Assembly: GCA_028534125.1 (NCBI GenBank)
Contig: CM052837.1
Coordinates: 23,250,001-23,314,000, forward strand
DNA length: 64,000 nt
Origin: Lama glama
Lineage: Eukaryota
Reading direction: 5' to 3'
Shown here: positions 13,175-23,800 of the stretch, one piece after another
How positions within the stretch are numbered: the stretch's first letter is position 1
Layout of the letters: each line of letters begins with the position of its first letter
Made by a program: the position numbers and the translations under genes
Notes under the pieces: generated by a model
Told to the model about the DNA's origin: nothing
The model's database searches: none
What the model saw: the letters and a program-made list of their open reading frames with translations, nothing else

Positions 13175-13570
13175 GCACTTCTCTGGTTCCCACGATGCCA
13201 CCCTCTCCTGGTTTTACTCCTCTCCCTCTCTCTCTCTCTCTCTCTCTCACTTCTCCATCATCTCTATCAGGTTAGCTGATTTCATTCGTGCTTGAACATG
13301 ATGATTCCCACGTCTCTACCTCCAACCTAGACCCCCTTCCTGAGCTCCAGATGCATATTTCCAACTGCATCTCTGGGGGGGTGTCCATGGGCCATTCAAT
13401 CTCAAGTTCCTAGAACTGAGATCAGTACCTACTACTCCAAGCCCACTGGGCTGGGTTTCACATCTCAGGGAAAGGCACCACCACCCACTCTTTCCCCCAC
13501 CTGGAGCCTAGGGCAGCCACTGTCCTTCACACCCTTTCTCTCACTTACATATCCAGTAAATAACCAACTC
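13175..13570 (+). mobile_element. L2 LINE fragment
   Basis: Pyrimidine-rich; cctgagctccagatgcatatttccaactgc...catctcaggg..ggcaccaccac is an L2-like core. Confidence 0.6.
13227..13248 (+). repeat. (TC)11 microsatellite
   Basis: tctctctctctctctctctctc. Confidence 0.9.
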
Positions 13571-14324
13571 TGAAATACCTCCTAGATACCATATGCACCG
13601 AATATACATATTTCCTCCAAAGAAAACTTTAAGAAGTTTTTTTTTCTGAGAAGAGTTTACTTACATTTCAGTCCTTACAAATTGGGTTCTTCTCTCAACT
13701 TGTTTTGAACCAAAAAGCACTTTTTGGAGAAAAAACACATTATCCTGAAATGACCTCAGTCAAGCTGGTTTTGGACAATTATAAGTAGTCCCCTGACAAA
13801 ATCAGTAAACGAGGCAAAGAAATTTACCACAGACTGAGTAATTATTTCTCACACTCCCAAGTACTACATATAAACAGGAGGCCTCTTCAAGATCACTTTA
13901 AATTGCAATATAGTGTTGATTTTTTTAGGTTTGAAAATGGTACTGCAGTTACATATATTTATTTTTTAAAGATTCTTTTAGAAAAGCACTAAAGTATTTA
14001 TAGATAACATTATAGAGTTAAAATTTGTGTCAAAATAATGTGGAAGGGATTAGTGGGTAGAGTGGCCATCAGTTCATGGTTAAGCTGGCTGATGGGTACA
14101 TATTCACTGTGCTATCCTGTCTCTAGTTACGTAACTTAGAAGTCTTCCATAACATTTTTAAAGCAATACAGTCAAGTGGTGGTTATGCATACCGTTAACG
14201 TACTATCTATGGGAGAAATGAAAAGAAACCTGTTTTAACGTTATACAGAAAGGTAATTATGCTTAGCTTAGAATATCCAGTGATAGCATCAAATATTGAT
14301 TCAAAAAGTATTTTTCTCTGCAGC

Positions 14325-14632
14325 GATATGGATGATCCTCAAAAACATTATGCTGAACAGAGACACAAGAGTACGTACTCCATGATTCCATTTACATGAA
14401 ATTCTAGAATAGGCAAACCTAATTTGTAGTGACAGAAAGTGGACTAGTGATTGCCGGGTGGGGACGGGAGACTGTAAACAGGCAGCAAAAAACTTTCTGA
14501 GGTGACGGAAATGCTCTATTTCTTAAGTGGGTGGAGGTCACATGAGGATATACATCTGTCAAAGCTTACCAAACTTTACACTTAAAATGGGTGCATTTTA
14601 TTATATGGAAGTTACTCCTCAATAAAGTTGAT
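14325..14632 (+). mobile_element. L1MB/ME-like 3' end fragment (a further L1M piece at ~13905-14165)
   Basis: atggatgatcctcaaaaacattatgctgaa...atgattccatttacatgaaattctagaataggcaaac...cacttaaaatgggtgcattttatt...cctcaataaagttgat. Confidence 0.8.
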
Positions 14633-16177
14633 TTCTCCAAAGTGCTCTTTCTCAAACAGCTTAGAAGGCAGTGAAGATGATGTGCTTTCAGAAATTATAT
14701 TTGATGACTCAAAAAGTGGCTCTAATGGTGACAGCTACATAGAAATCAAGATTCACGTAAAGAATTTGAACATAATTTATTACTGAAAAGGTGAGAGTCA
14801 GAGAAATCAATACTCATAAATTAATATAGTGTTTTAAATAGTACGGGGCTTAGAATATGTTTAAAATAAGTAAATAAACTGTTAAATGTGGGCATCTGAA
14901 TTATGCATCTCTAAAAATATTTACATTTTAGTTGCAAAGAAAGCCACAAAACACCTAGAGTGACCTTACTGTGAAAACAAGTGATTGCCTTATATTTGGA
15001 GCTGCTGTATCTTCAGGTATAGCCCCCACTTTGCTGTCCCTACGGCCACCAACAGGTCCAGGTGAAATCAGCTGTCCTTTCCCAGTGCTCTAGGGGCCCT
15101 TATCACACTGAACTGTCAACTGTTGACAAATGTCTGTTGGCATTTCTCTCTCCACTACTGGACCGGGAACTTGGTTTGATTCATTCTGCTGTCTCACTGC
15201 TGTAGAGCAGGCATCAGGAGTGTTTATTGGAAGAAAGGAAGAGAAAGTGGAAAATTCTGTCCTGTGCCAGTGGCTAAGTAAGGGCTCTCCCCTTCTCTGC
15301 CTTTCAGTGAAGCAATTACAGTAGCCCTACCACCTTCCTGAAGAAGGGACGTCTGCAGTCCAGCTTTCCTGCCTCAACATCTGGGTCCTAACAGAGGGGC
15401 CCAGTAGCAAAGGGGAAGCAGAGTCCCGGCCCAGTGTCTCTTGAGTAACAGGAAACACAAGGGGCTGAGCAGGAGAGGTGAGCAGGAGGATACGACCTTA
15501 AAAGTGTGATGCCCAAAGACGAAGGCAGAGCCATGGATGGATACTGGGGGCCAGAGCTCAAGAGCTAAAACCGCAGGTATGGGGTGGAGTTCAAGGTGCA
15601 CTGAGGTGAGTGCTTATTAGGTACCAGCTGTATGCTTAGGCGTGGGCTGGCTGACTCAAACCCTTGAGAAGGGCTGGTCAGACATCCAACATAAGAAACT
15701 ACTGAGCAAAAAATTAAAGAATAGTGTAAAGAAAAGAGATGAAGTTCTATGCATAGATCAAATTAGACAGTGCCGAGTCTATAAATCTGCCTACCTTCAA
15801 CTGCAGAAGGGGCTTCACTCCTAAGCTATATTTTTATACCATCTATATTCACTCAAGGTCATTACAAGAACAATGAAAACTGTGCCAGCATTTGCTGTTA
15901 ATCTGCTGAGAACATTCTCCAGTATTTCAATCAAGTAAGTGTCTATTTGAGAAACTTCTTTTATAATTTAACCCTAGAAAAATCTATCTCCCCCAAGGAA
16001 TCAGTTCAAAGAGTTTTTGCTTTGGCTACCAGGAAGCTCAGCCATATTAACTGTCAATCACAGCAGCCATGCTAACTCATATTCCTTCTTATAACAGCAC
16101 ATCCCATTTCTACAGGACAACATTTTTGTCTTTTAAGTATTCTGAACATTTCTTAAAAGACTGAGAAAGAAGACATT

Positions 16178-16544
16178 TGTGGTGGGCACAGCAGTGTGCC
16201 ACTCAGATTCCCCTTCAAGAAAGCACCTGTTAGCCCCCTAAGACACCTCAGCTGCAGACAGCTGTCTGGCCAAGACTGTGCTTTGCCCAGGACAGCCAAC
16301 ATCCAATGGCTGACTGAAGTGGTGCTATGAAGGCCCAGCCATATGAAGCTGGCACTGAACAAAAGAGCTCCCTGTGGGCTGGCTAAGGCTGCCATCAGGC
16401 CCGCAGCTTAACTTCTCCCTGTGCCCTCTCCTGTTTCTTTCCTCTCCCTTCGACAGGGTTGATTCCAAGGGCACTCCCTAAAAAACATTCCGCACACTAA
16501 CCTCTGTCACAGAGCCTGCTTCCCAAAGAACCCACGCAGTGACA
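16178..16544 (+). mobile_element. ERVL solo LTR (LTR16A-like) with 5-bp TSD ACATT
   Basis: Starts TG (16178), ends CA (16544); acatt at 16173-16177 and 16545-16549; 3' part ...ctccctaaaaaacattccgcacactaacctctgtcacagagcctgcttcccaaagaaccc...gaca resembles the LTR16 consensus. Confidence 0.8.
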
Positions 16545-16639
16545 ACATTTAACCAAATAACTAAAAATAGAAAACACATCAGGTATGGGTACTATAGAGG
16601 GGAAGAAAACACAATAAAATGGTCATACCTACGCAGAAG

Positions 16640-16875
16640 GCAACATAGCATGGACTCTGGTGCCAGGCCGCCTTGGTTTGAATCCCATCTCCGCCACCTC
16701 TTAGCTGTGCGTCCATGAGTATGTCTCTTAATCTCCCCATGCCTCCATTTTTCCATCTGTAACATGAGGACAGTAATAGTACTCACCTCACAGTGCTGTA
16801 ATGAAGAGTAAACGGGGGTAAAACGGTTATACAGGGCTTACTATACGCCAAGTGTGATTCTGAGTGTTTGGTAAA
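16640..16875 (+). mobile_element. MIR SINE
   Basis: gcatggactctggtgccag...ggtttgaatcccatctccgccac...ttttccatctgtaacatgaggacagtaatagtactcacctcacag. Confidence 0.85.
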
Positions 16876-17559
16876 TAAAACAGACACCTGTGAGGTCAGG
16901 CCCACAGGGCCAGAGGGGTATCTGTCCTGGGACTCTGCCTCAGACTCCAAGCCCAGGTACTTGTATAAGACAGAGCATGTTGAAACATGAGTGTTGACAG
17001 AAATAGGCCCAAGCAGGGCTAGCCTGGATGATGTCACGGGCGTGTGCCTTGTGTGGGTGCTAAGCTGCTCCCTCCCAGCCAGTGCAGCTGCAGGCACTGC
17101 CAGTAACACCCACGTACCCAGATATATGCTGAGCTGGGGGAAGCCCATTCCAGTCACACCCTCTGCACGCCCTGCTTTTCCTGAACGTCCTTGGGTGGCG
17201 GGAGGCACCTGAGGCCTGGGGTGCTGGCTCAGAAGTCCCAGGAGAAAATGGGGCCCTATTTTCTGATTAAAGGCCTGGCAGCAGACTGGAAACATGAGCT
17301 CCTGTTGGCAGGGATTTCTGTAGCCCCTGGAGGCCCGGCCTCAGAGGCAAAAGCAAAAGCAAGGAAGCATGGGCTTACATGTCGGGAAGCTCTCAGAAAA
17401 TGGAGAAATGGAGATTAAGAGTGCATCACCACCCCACAGACTGCCCAAGTTGGCCCAAGGAGTAAATGAGGGCTGCAGCACTCAGGAGGAGGCCTCCTGG
17501 AAAAAGGGACAGATCAGAGAAGCAGGGAGGGGCCCAACCTGTCCCCACCTGTCTTCTTG

Positions 17560-17950
17560 ACCTCATCACCTCCCATGTTTCCCCCTCACTTAGTACACTG
17601 TAGCCTTCCTAAACTCACTAGGCTCTTTCTGGCCTCAGGACCTTTGTACATGCTGTTACTTCTGCCTAGAAAGTAAACTTTCCTCCAACCTACCCCTTAA
17701 TAATTCACCCAGCCATCTACTTAGATCTTTTAGGCCTCTGCTGCATCCTGGAGAGGTCTTCCTTGTCTACTAGAACTGAAGTAGGTCTCCCTAATGTTTT
17801 CTCTTATAGCCTCTGTTCTTTTCCTCCATAGCTCCCATCACAATTTTCCCAACGTAACAGGGTGTTTATCTCACTAATGCCTGTGAATTCCTTCCTATAG
17901 GGCTGGTGCAGTTTCTCTTGTTCTCCTGACTCACTGATGCCTAGCACAGG
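17560..17950 (+). mobile_element. L2 LINE 3' fragment
   Basis: gcctcaggacctttgtacatgctgttacttctgcctagaa...tgcctagcacag. Confidence 0.65.
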
Positions 17951-18164
17951 GAAGCTCAAGCCTGCAGACAGGGGCAAGCACTACTTCAAGCCCCGGCCAG
18001 CCCAAGCCACACCCTATGAGCACTCAGGTTCTGCCAAGTTTCCTGTGTCCAGGGCCAGCCATGCCTAGGGCCTCTCTAAACATATGCTCATTAGCCAGCT
18101 AGACTCCAGGCCCACTGACAATTGTCCATCAGGATCCACTGAAGCCAGGGGCTCGCCTGTGAGG

Positions 18165-18365
18165 CAGAAAATGCATGGCGTCAGAAAGACTTGAGTTCAT
18201 ATCCTCACTTGTTATCTATGTGACCTTGGGGCTAGCTGTAGAACTTCTCCCAATCTGTTTCCTGTCAGTAAATTGGGGACGATAATCCCTGATGAGAGGT
18301 TAATTGTGAGGATCAGGTGTGACCACATGTTGTAAAGCTTGCAGCGCTGGGCTGGGCATTGGGTC
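18165..18365 (+). mobile_element. MIR SINE
   Basis: gtcagaaagacttgagttcatatcct...tgtgaccttggg...ctgtttcctgtcagtaaattggggacgataat...ttgtgaggatca. Confidence 0.75.
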
Positions 18366-18398
18366 AACGTTCTTTCCCTCCCACCCACTTTAAAGGCC

Positions 18399-18417
18399 TG
18401 TCACTAGGTGGCAGTCC
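18399..18417 (+). promoter_or_regulatory. CTCF-like motif
   Basis: tgTCACTAGGTGGCAGtcc, one mismatch to CCASYAGRKGGCRS; lies between TOP1 and the PLCG1 promoter. Confidence 0.55.
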
Positions 18418-18974
18418 ATCTCAGCCACTCTTCCTCCCCTTGGGTGGCCGCAGCCTACTAGCGCAAATGTCTCAACTTCAGGCGGAATTCTCAGCTGCTT
18501 GGGGGCTNNNNNNNNNNNNNNNNNNNNNNNNNNNNNNNNNNNNNNNNNNNNNNNNNNNNNNNNNNNNNNNNNNNNNNNNNNNNNNNNNNNNNNNNNNNNN
18601 NNNNNNNNNNNNNNNNNNNNNNNNNNNNNNNNNNNNNNNNNNNNNNNNNNNNNNNNNNNNNNNNNNNNNNGTCAAAGGCAGCCCCAGACACCAGTCATCA
18701 CCCAGCTGGGGGGACTACCTGAGCACACACTGTTAATATATGTACTCACACATTCCTGGAAGCCTGGATCTCTCTAGCATCAGCTGGGTGCTCTGCTGGG
18801 CCTCTCAGCTCTGAACTGCAGAACACTGTCCTGCTCTGCCTGGCTCAACATCTGTCAGACAGGTTGCACTGTGACGGAAGGTATAGTTAATTCTGCAGCA
18901 GGGGCAGCTAGATTGCAGAGGTGCGTCTAAGGAATGACTGCAGGAATATAAAGAGCAAGAATTATTCAAATAAC

Positions 18975-19400
18975 CACCAAAGGGCATTGTGGCTGGAGAA
19001 TGGAGTGAAGGCGAGGTGGTGAGAGATGAAGTGGGAGAGAGAAAGGGGACAGACTATGCAGGACCTGCTGGGCCAGGTCAGGAGAGTGCATTTTGTGTGC
19101 AGTGAGGAGTCATGGAGGGTTTGAGGCTGGAGGTAGGGAATCATGATTCAATTTCATTTTAAAGAGTAGAGCATGGAGAACAGATGCAAGCAAGACCAAG
19201 GAGGGTAAATAGTCTGGGTGAGAGAAGATGGGCCTTGAGCTCGTGGCAGAGTGCAGATGTCTGAAGGCAGAGTGAACCGGATTTGATGGGCTGCTGTGGG
19301 GTTGAGACAGAGGAATCAAGGATATCTCCAACGGTTTTGGCCCAAGCACTTTAGAGGAGTTCAGTGTCATGTTCTGAGAAAGTAACTGTGGGCGAAGCCA
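18975..19400 (-). mobile_element. L2 LINE fragment
   Basis: Purine-rich antisense L2 motifs: catggagggtttgaggc..tcatgattcaatttcattttaaa; gaggaatcaaggatatctccaacggttttggcccaagcac. Confidence 0.65.
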
Positions 19401-20013
19401 TTTGAGGAGGAGGTGAGATGTCTGTGTTACGTGAGGACACGGAGCAGGTGGTGCGATGCAGGAGAGATAACAGCTTTGCTGCTTAGGTTGGGGGAGGGGG
19501 GCGGTGTGGAGCCATGTGGGAAGGGTCAGGTCGCCTTGGGAACTGACTCAGGATCCAGCCCAAAGGAAGAGAAGCTTCTGAGGCCGAAAGGCAGCGGCCA
19601 GAGAGGGTGGAGGAAAACAAGGAGAGTCGTGACGTGAAAACCAAAGCTCCGGAGAGCATCTGCAGGAGGAGCGGTAAGGAAGGGCTTGAGCCCGCGCCTA
19701 CCACATGGAGTCGGAGCGAGGGGTGGAGAGGACACTGGTCCAGCCGAGGGGCAGAGGCGAAGACTACTGGAGGCCTTGCAGGGGGTGCTCAGGCCTGAGG
19801 GGGCTACTCCGAGTGACGGAACCCTCCAAGGCCACACTGGCTGCAGGGGTACACCAAACCTGGGTCTGACAGTCACAGAAACCGCCCGTGGGCCGGCCCT
19901 GCACGACCAGAGAGGGGCGGGACAGGTCTGCTGTCCATCAGAGCCTGCCGACCAATCCGCGGGCGCCCCCGCCCCCGCCCCCTCCCCGGAGAGGGCGCGC
20001 AGAGAACCCGCCT

Positions 20014-20040
20014 CCGCCGCCGCCGCCGCCGCCGCCGCCG
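20014..20040 (+). repeat. (CCG)9 trinucleotide repeat
   Basis: ccgccgccgccgccgccgccgccgccg. Confidence 0.95.
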
Positions 20041-20654
20041 CGGGTGTGAGGCGGCCCGGCCTGGCCTGGTTCCCTCCGCCGGGCAGCCCGCCCAGGTACT
20101 GGGTTTGGCCCGCGGGCCCGGCGGGGCGCTCTGCACCCTCACCTCTCCTCGCGGTCGCTGTGCGGGAGGCGCTCGAGGAGCGGGCTTGAGGAAACTGCTG
20201 CGGCCAGGCCTGTGCGGGACAGTGGGCTGAGCAGCCGCCTGTGCGTGTGCAACTGACGGCCGGGCAGGCGCGAGGCTGCCGTGCGTGACGGGGGCGGCCG
20301 TGGACGCCGGACTGTGTCCGCGGCCGCGTGAGAAAGCTCTGCGGGACGGAGGGACTGGCCGGTTGACCGCGGGCGGCGCGTGCGCCCCGGCCCGGGGCCT
20401 GTCCGGGGGTCGCTGGGCGCAGGCGCGGCGGGCGGCGGGCGGGGGTCCTCCCCACGGGCGCGCGGGCGCCTTTGTTCCCGGCGCGCGGGCCGGGGCGGGG
20501 CCTGCAGGGCCGCCCCGCCCCCGCTCAGGCCCCGCCCCGTCTCCGCCCGCAGGAGCCGCCGCCGGGGTCCGCTCGCCGGCCGCCTCCGCCGCCGCCTGTT
20601 CGCGCCCGCCGGGCCTGCGTCGCCGCCGCTTGTGCCGCCCCCTGCGCCAGAGCC

Positions 20655-20871
20655 ATGGCGGGCGCCGCGTCCCCCTGTGCCAATGGCTGCGGGCCCGGCG
20701 CGCCCTCGGACGCTGAGGTGCTGAACCTCTGCCGCAACCTCGAGGTGGGCACCGTCATGACTTTGTTCTACTCCAAGAAGTCGCAGCGGCCCGAGCGGAA
20801 GACCTTCCAGGTCAAGCTGGAGACGCGGCAGATCATTTGGAGCCGTGGCGCCGACAAGTTCGAGGGGGCCA
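20655..20871 (+). CDS. PLCG1: PLCG1 exon 1 (nPH domain start)
   Basis: Kozak gccATGg; [15 protein letters not shown]...ADKFEGA; A|gtaagt; 217 nt. Confidence 0.98.
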
Positions 20872-23800
20872 GTAAGTGCGCTCCCCTCCCCAGGGCCCGC
20901 TACGCGTTCGGGGGCTGCGGGGGGCTGCTCCCGGCTCCCGCGCGCCCCAGCCCGCCGCTGAAGAGACTTGGGCAAACTTTCAGGCCCTCCCCCACGCCCT
21001 CCGGGCCCCGCCCCCCCTCGGCCCGGGTGGTCACCGGGGGCGGGGGGCATCCGGGTCCTCAGTCACCTGACAGGACACCCCCTCCCCCAGCCGGGGGGAG
21101 TGCTCCAGGCGCATTGCCCAGAGGCCTAAAAATTCTAGCGGACTGGAGACAAGCGGGGCAGGCATCAGGTCCCCCACACCCCAGGAGTGGTGTGCGATGA
21201 GACGAGGGAAGCCAAGGCAGCGTCCCCCACCCAGCCCCAGAATCGAGGGTCGGACCAAATGCAGCCTTTCTCCAAAAAGAGCAGTCTTGGTAAAACTTCG
21301 GGCCTCCAGGCTGGGCTCTTACTTACAAAGGAACCTTTGGGTTCCCTAAGTAGAACTTAGGCAGATGTTGGGGTAGGGCTGGTTTTGGAGCAGAGCCAGG
21401 CCTACTCATCTCTCTCTTGGGGAGAGAGGGAGGAAGGGGGTCCTATTTGGTTTGGAAAAGTCTGAGAGGAGGCAGAGGCTGCTTTTTCCTGCTGTTCTTT
21501 TGTCCTGAAGCTGAATTTTGGAGATCTGTGTGAGTGGGCAGACACTCAAAGCCAGGACAGGGACTTTCGGTAAAGGGGACGGACTCCCCTTGCCCTTGGA
21601 AGTATCTCCTCAAGAGCTTGGCCTCAGAAAAGCCGACCTCAGTGCCTTGTGTCGGGTTCTCTTCCAGAGCACACAGCCATTCTGGGAGTCTAGCCCTTTG
21701 TGCCCTAAGTCCTATGTCCCATGGCTGCAAGGAGCCAGGAGTGGCTACTTTTAATATCCTGCCTTTTTGCCTTCGCAGGCCTGGGCTTGGGTGCTTTTGC
21801 AAAGGAGAGAGTTGGGGGATTTTGAAAAACCCCAGATCTTTCAGAGTGTTATTCCACTGAATGTGTGCCAAACGCGTGCCTCTCCTGCGGCCGGATGGGC
21901 ACCCAGCTCTGCCCTCCATCCTCCCACCTCCAAGTGTGAGAGATGATGTGTCTGCAACCCCAGTCTGTGGGTTGCTTCCTGCAAGGATCCCCAGAGACTG
22001 GTGTTAGACACAGCCAGGCTCAGAACTAGGTCCATTGGAGTAGGAGGGGGATCAGGAAGTGACACCCCCAAGGGAAGGTCCTACAGACCTCTTTGGGTAT
22101 GGTGTACTTGCATGTAGATGGTTGAGGAGATTAGGTGGAAGGAAGGTCTTGTGGTGAGGCAGCCGTCCTCAACTACAAACTCCAGATCTGACACAGCTGT
22201 TGAACTTTGAAACTGCAGCTGCCTTCCTAGATGCCCCCATCAGCCCTGTCAGTCATTGGGAGCAAATTTTAGTATTTGAGAGACTGGATTCCAAAGTGGA
22301 GGAAGGACAGACACTGCAGAGAGCTGAGATGGTCCTGGGAACATCATCCAGGCATCAGACTCCAGGCATGGCCCCTTCCTTCTTTCTGTGGTGCTCCCTA
22401 TGCTCTCCTGAATTGGTGGCATTGGCTGGAGGTTCCCAGATAAAGATCTCCTGGGTAACAGGCTGCATTTCAGACCATGCATGTGACCAGCAGGCAGTAA
22501 GTGCAACATAGTGGTTGAAGACAGGGCTGGATTTGAAGCGCATATATAGTTGTGTATCCCTCTGGTCAGCTACTTATGTTTTCTGAGACTTACTTTCTGC
22601 ACCTGTAATATGGGAGTAATAATATATCCACTATATGTGGTTACTCTGGGGGTTAAATGAGAAAATTGAGGTAAAACATCTAGTACAGTCCCTGACACAT
22701 TGTAAATGTTTAATAGGTGGAGCAGTTAATAATAACAGTAATAAACCATGACTGCTCTCCTAGGCCCTGGACTGGAAATACGTGGCCGTAGAAGAGGGTG
22801 AGAGTGTAGGAAGGGAGGACAGGACCCAGTTCACATTTCTCTTAGATCACTGCCCGGAAAAGGGAGGAAATGGTTTTGTTTTGCCCCGACCCATCTGCTC
22901 CTCACTTACCTACCATGTAGAACAGTGTGTAGAGTTTTAAGTATAAGGAGATTTGCACACCTGACTCCTGGGTGTGACTCTTGTAAGTTGGAGCCTGTAC
23001 AGAAGGTAGGGGTATGGAGGCAAGAGGGTGGAGGTGGGAATGCAGAGGGTGTGATGACCCCAGCCCCCTCTGGTGGGTCGGCCAGAGAGGTACAGATCAG
23101 TGATCTCATCAGTTAGCTGGGATTGAGAGGCTTGGAGCATGGGCAAAGGATGCAGAAGGGGCCCTGGCCCTTTGATTTTGGAGGCCCGAATTGAAGGAGT
23201 CTGAGTGAAAAGGCTAGTAGATGCTTGTGTGTTCAGACATATTAAATGTCTGAGCCTCCCACTGAAGCTGCCCCACTGCTGCCCATTCCTGGGTGCAGCT
23301 CGTTGGTGGGTTCTGAGCCCTGCAGCCCCCTCTGCACGCTCTGAGGAAGGTTGGACTGCCGTCGAGGTCTCTTGCCTCCTGGCCCCTTAGCCAGATGCCT
23401 CAAGCATCTGGCCTTTTTCTGCTGACCATGCCAGGCTGCCAAGCGGTGCCTGTAGCCTGGCCAAAGAAAGAGACACTTCCGGGATCCTCAGGGTGTGCGT
23501 GGCCCTGAGGAGAGGCGGGTTCAGTGAATGGCACAGTTCTCACGTACCGGACCTCGTTCCAGCCTCTGTGCCCTCCCACTTTACCTCTCACTTGTGAAAT
23601 GGGGCTGCATGTGCTCATTTCTGGGGTGGGAGTTTGGCTCAAAAGAGGGGTAGGAAGGTGCCTTGGTGCCGGTTGTCACGGTGGTGTGACAGGAACCAGG
23701 TAGATGTTAGATGTTTGGCTTTTTATGTTACAGACACTGAGTACAAAGCAGTACAGACTTCCTGCTGAGTGCTACAGAGACTTCTCATCATGTTTTCTTG

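Larger units (their letters stand above)
19870..21260. promoter_or_regulatory. PLCG1: CpG island / PLCG1 promoter (CCAAT 19952-19956, multiple GC boxes)
   Basis: Very high GC and CpG density; GGGGCGG/CCCCGCCCC Sp1 boxes at ~19914, 19966-19982, 20490-20540; surrounds exon 1. Confidence 0.92.

Noticed and set aside
20472-20654. 61-codon in-frame N-terminal extension of PLCG1 from a TTG
   Set aside because: Stop-free frames are expected at this GC content, the region overlaps the GC-box promoter, and the ATG at 20655 has a strong Kozak context
19526-21050. Long antisense ORFs of 309 aa (19526-20455) and 303 aa (20139-21050)
   Set aside because: Low-complexity P/R/G/A-rich frames expected in a very GC-rich CpG island, with no domain resemblance; the poly-Ala merely translates the CCG repeat
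11062-21100. Ortholog of the human antisense lncRNA PLCG1-AS1
   Set aside because: Known in human, but its exons cannot be supported from this sequence alone
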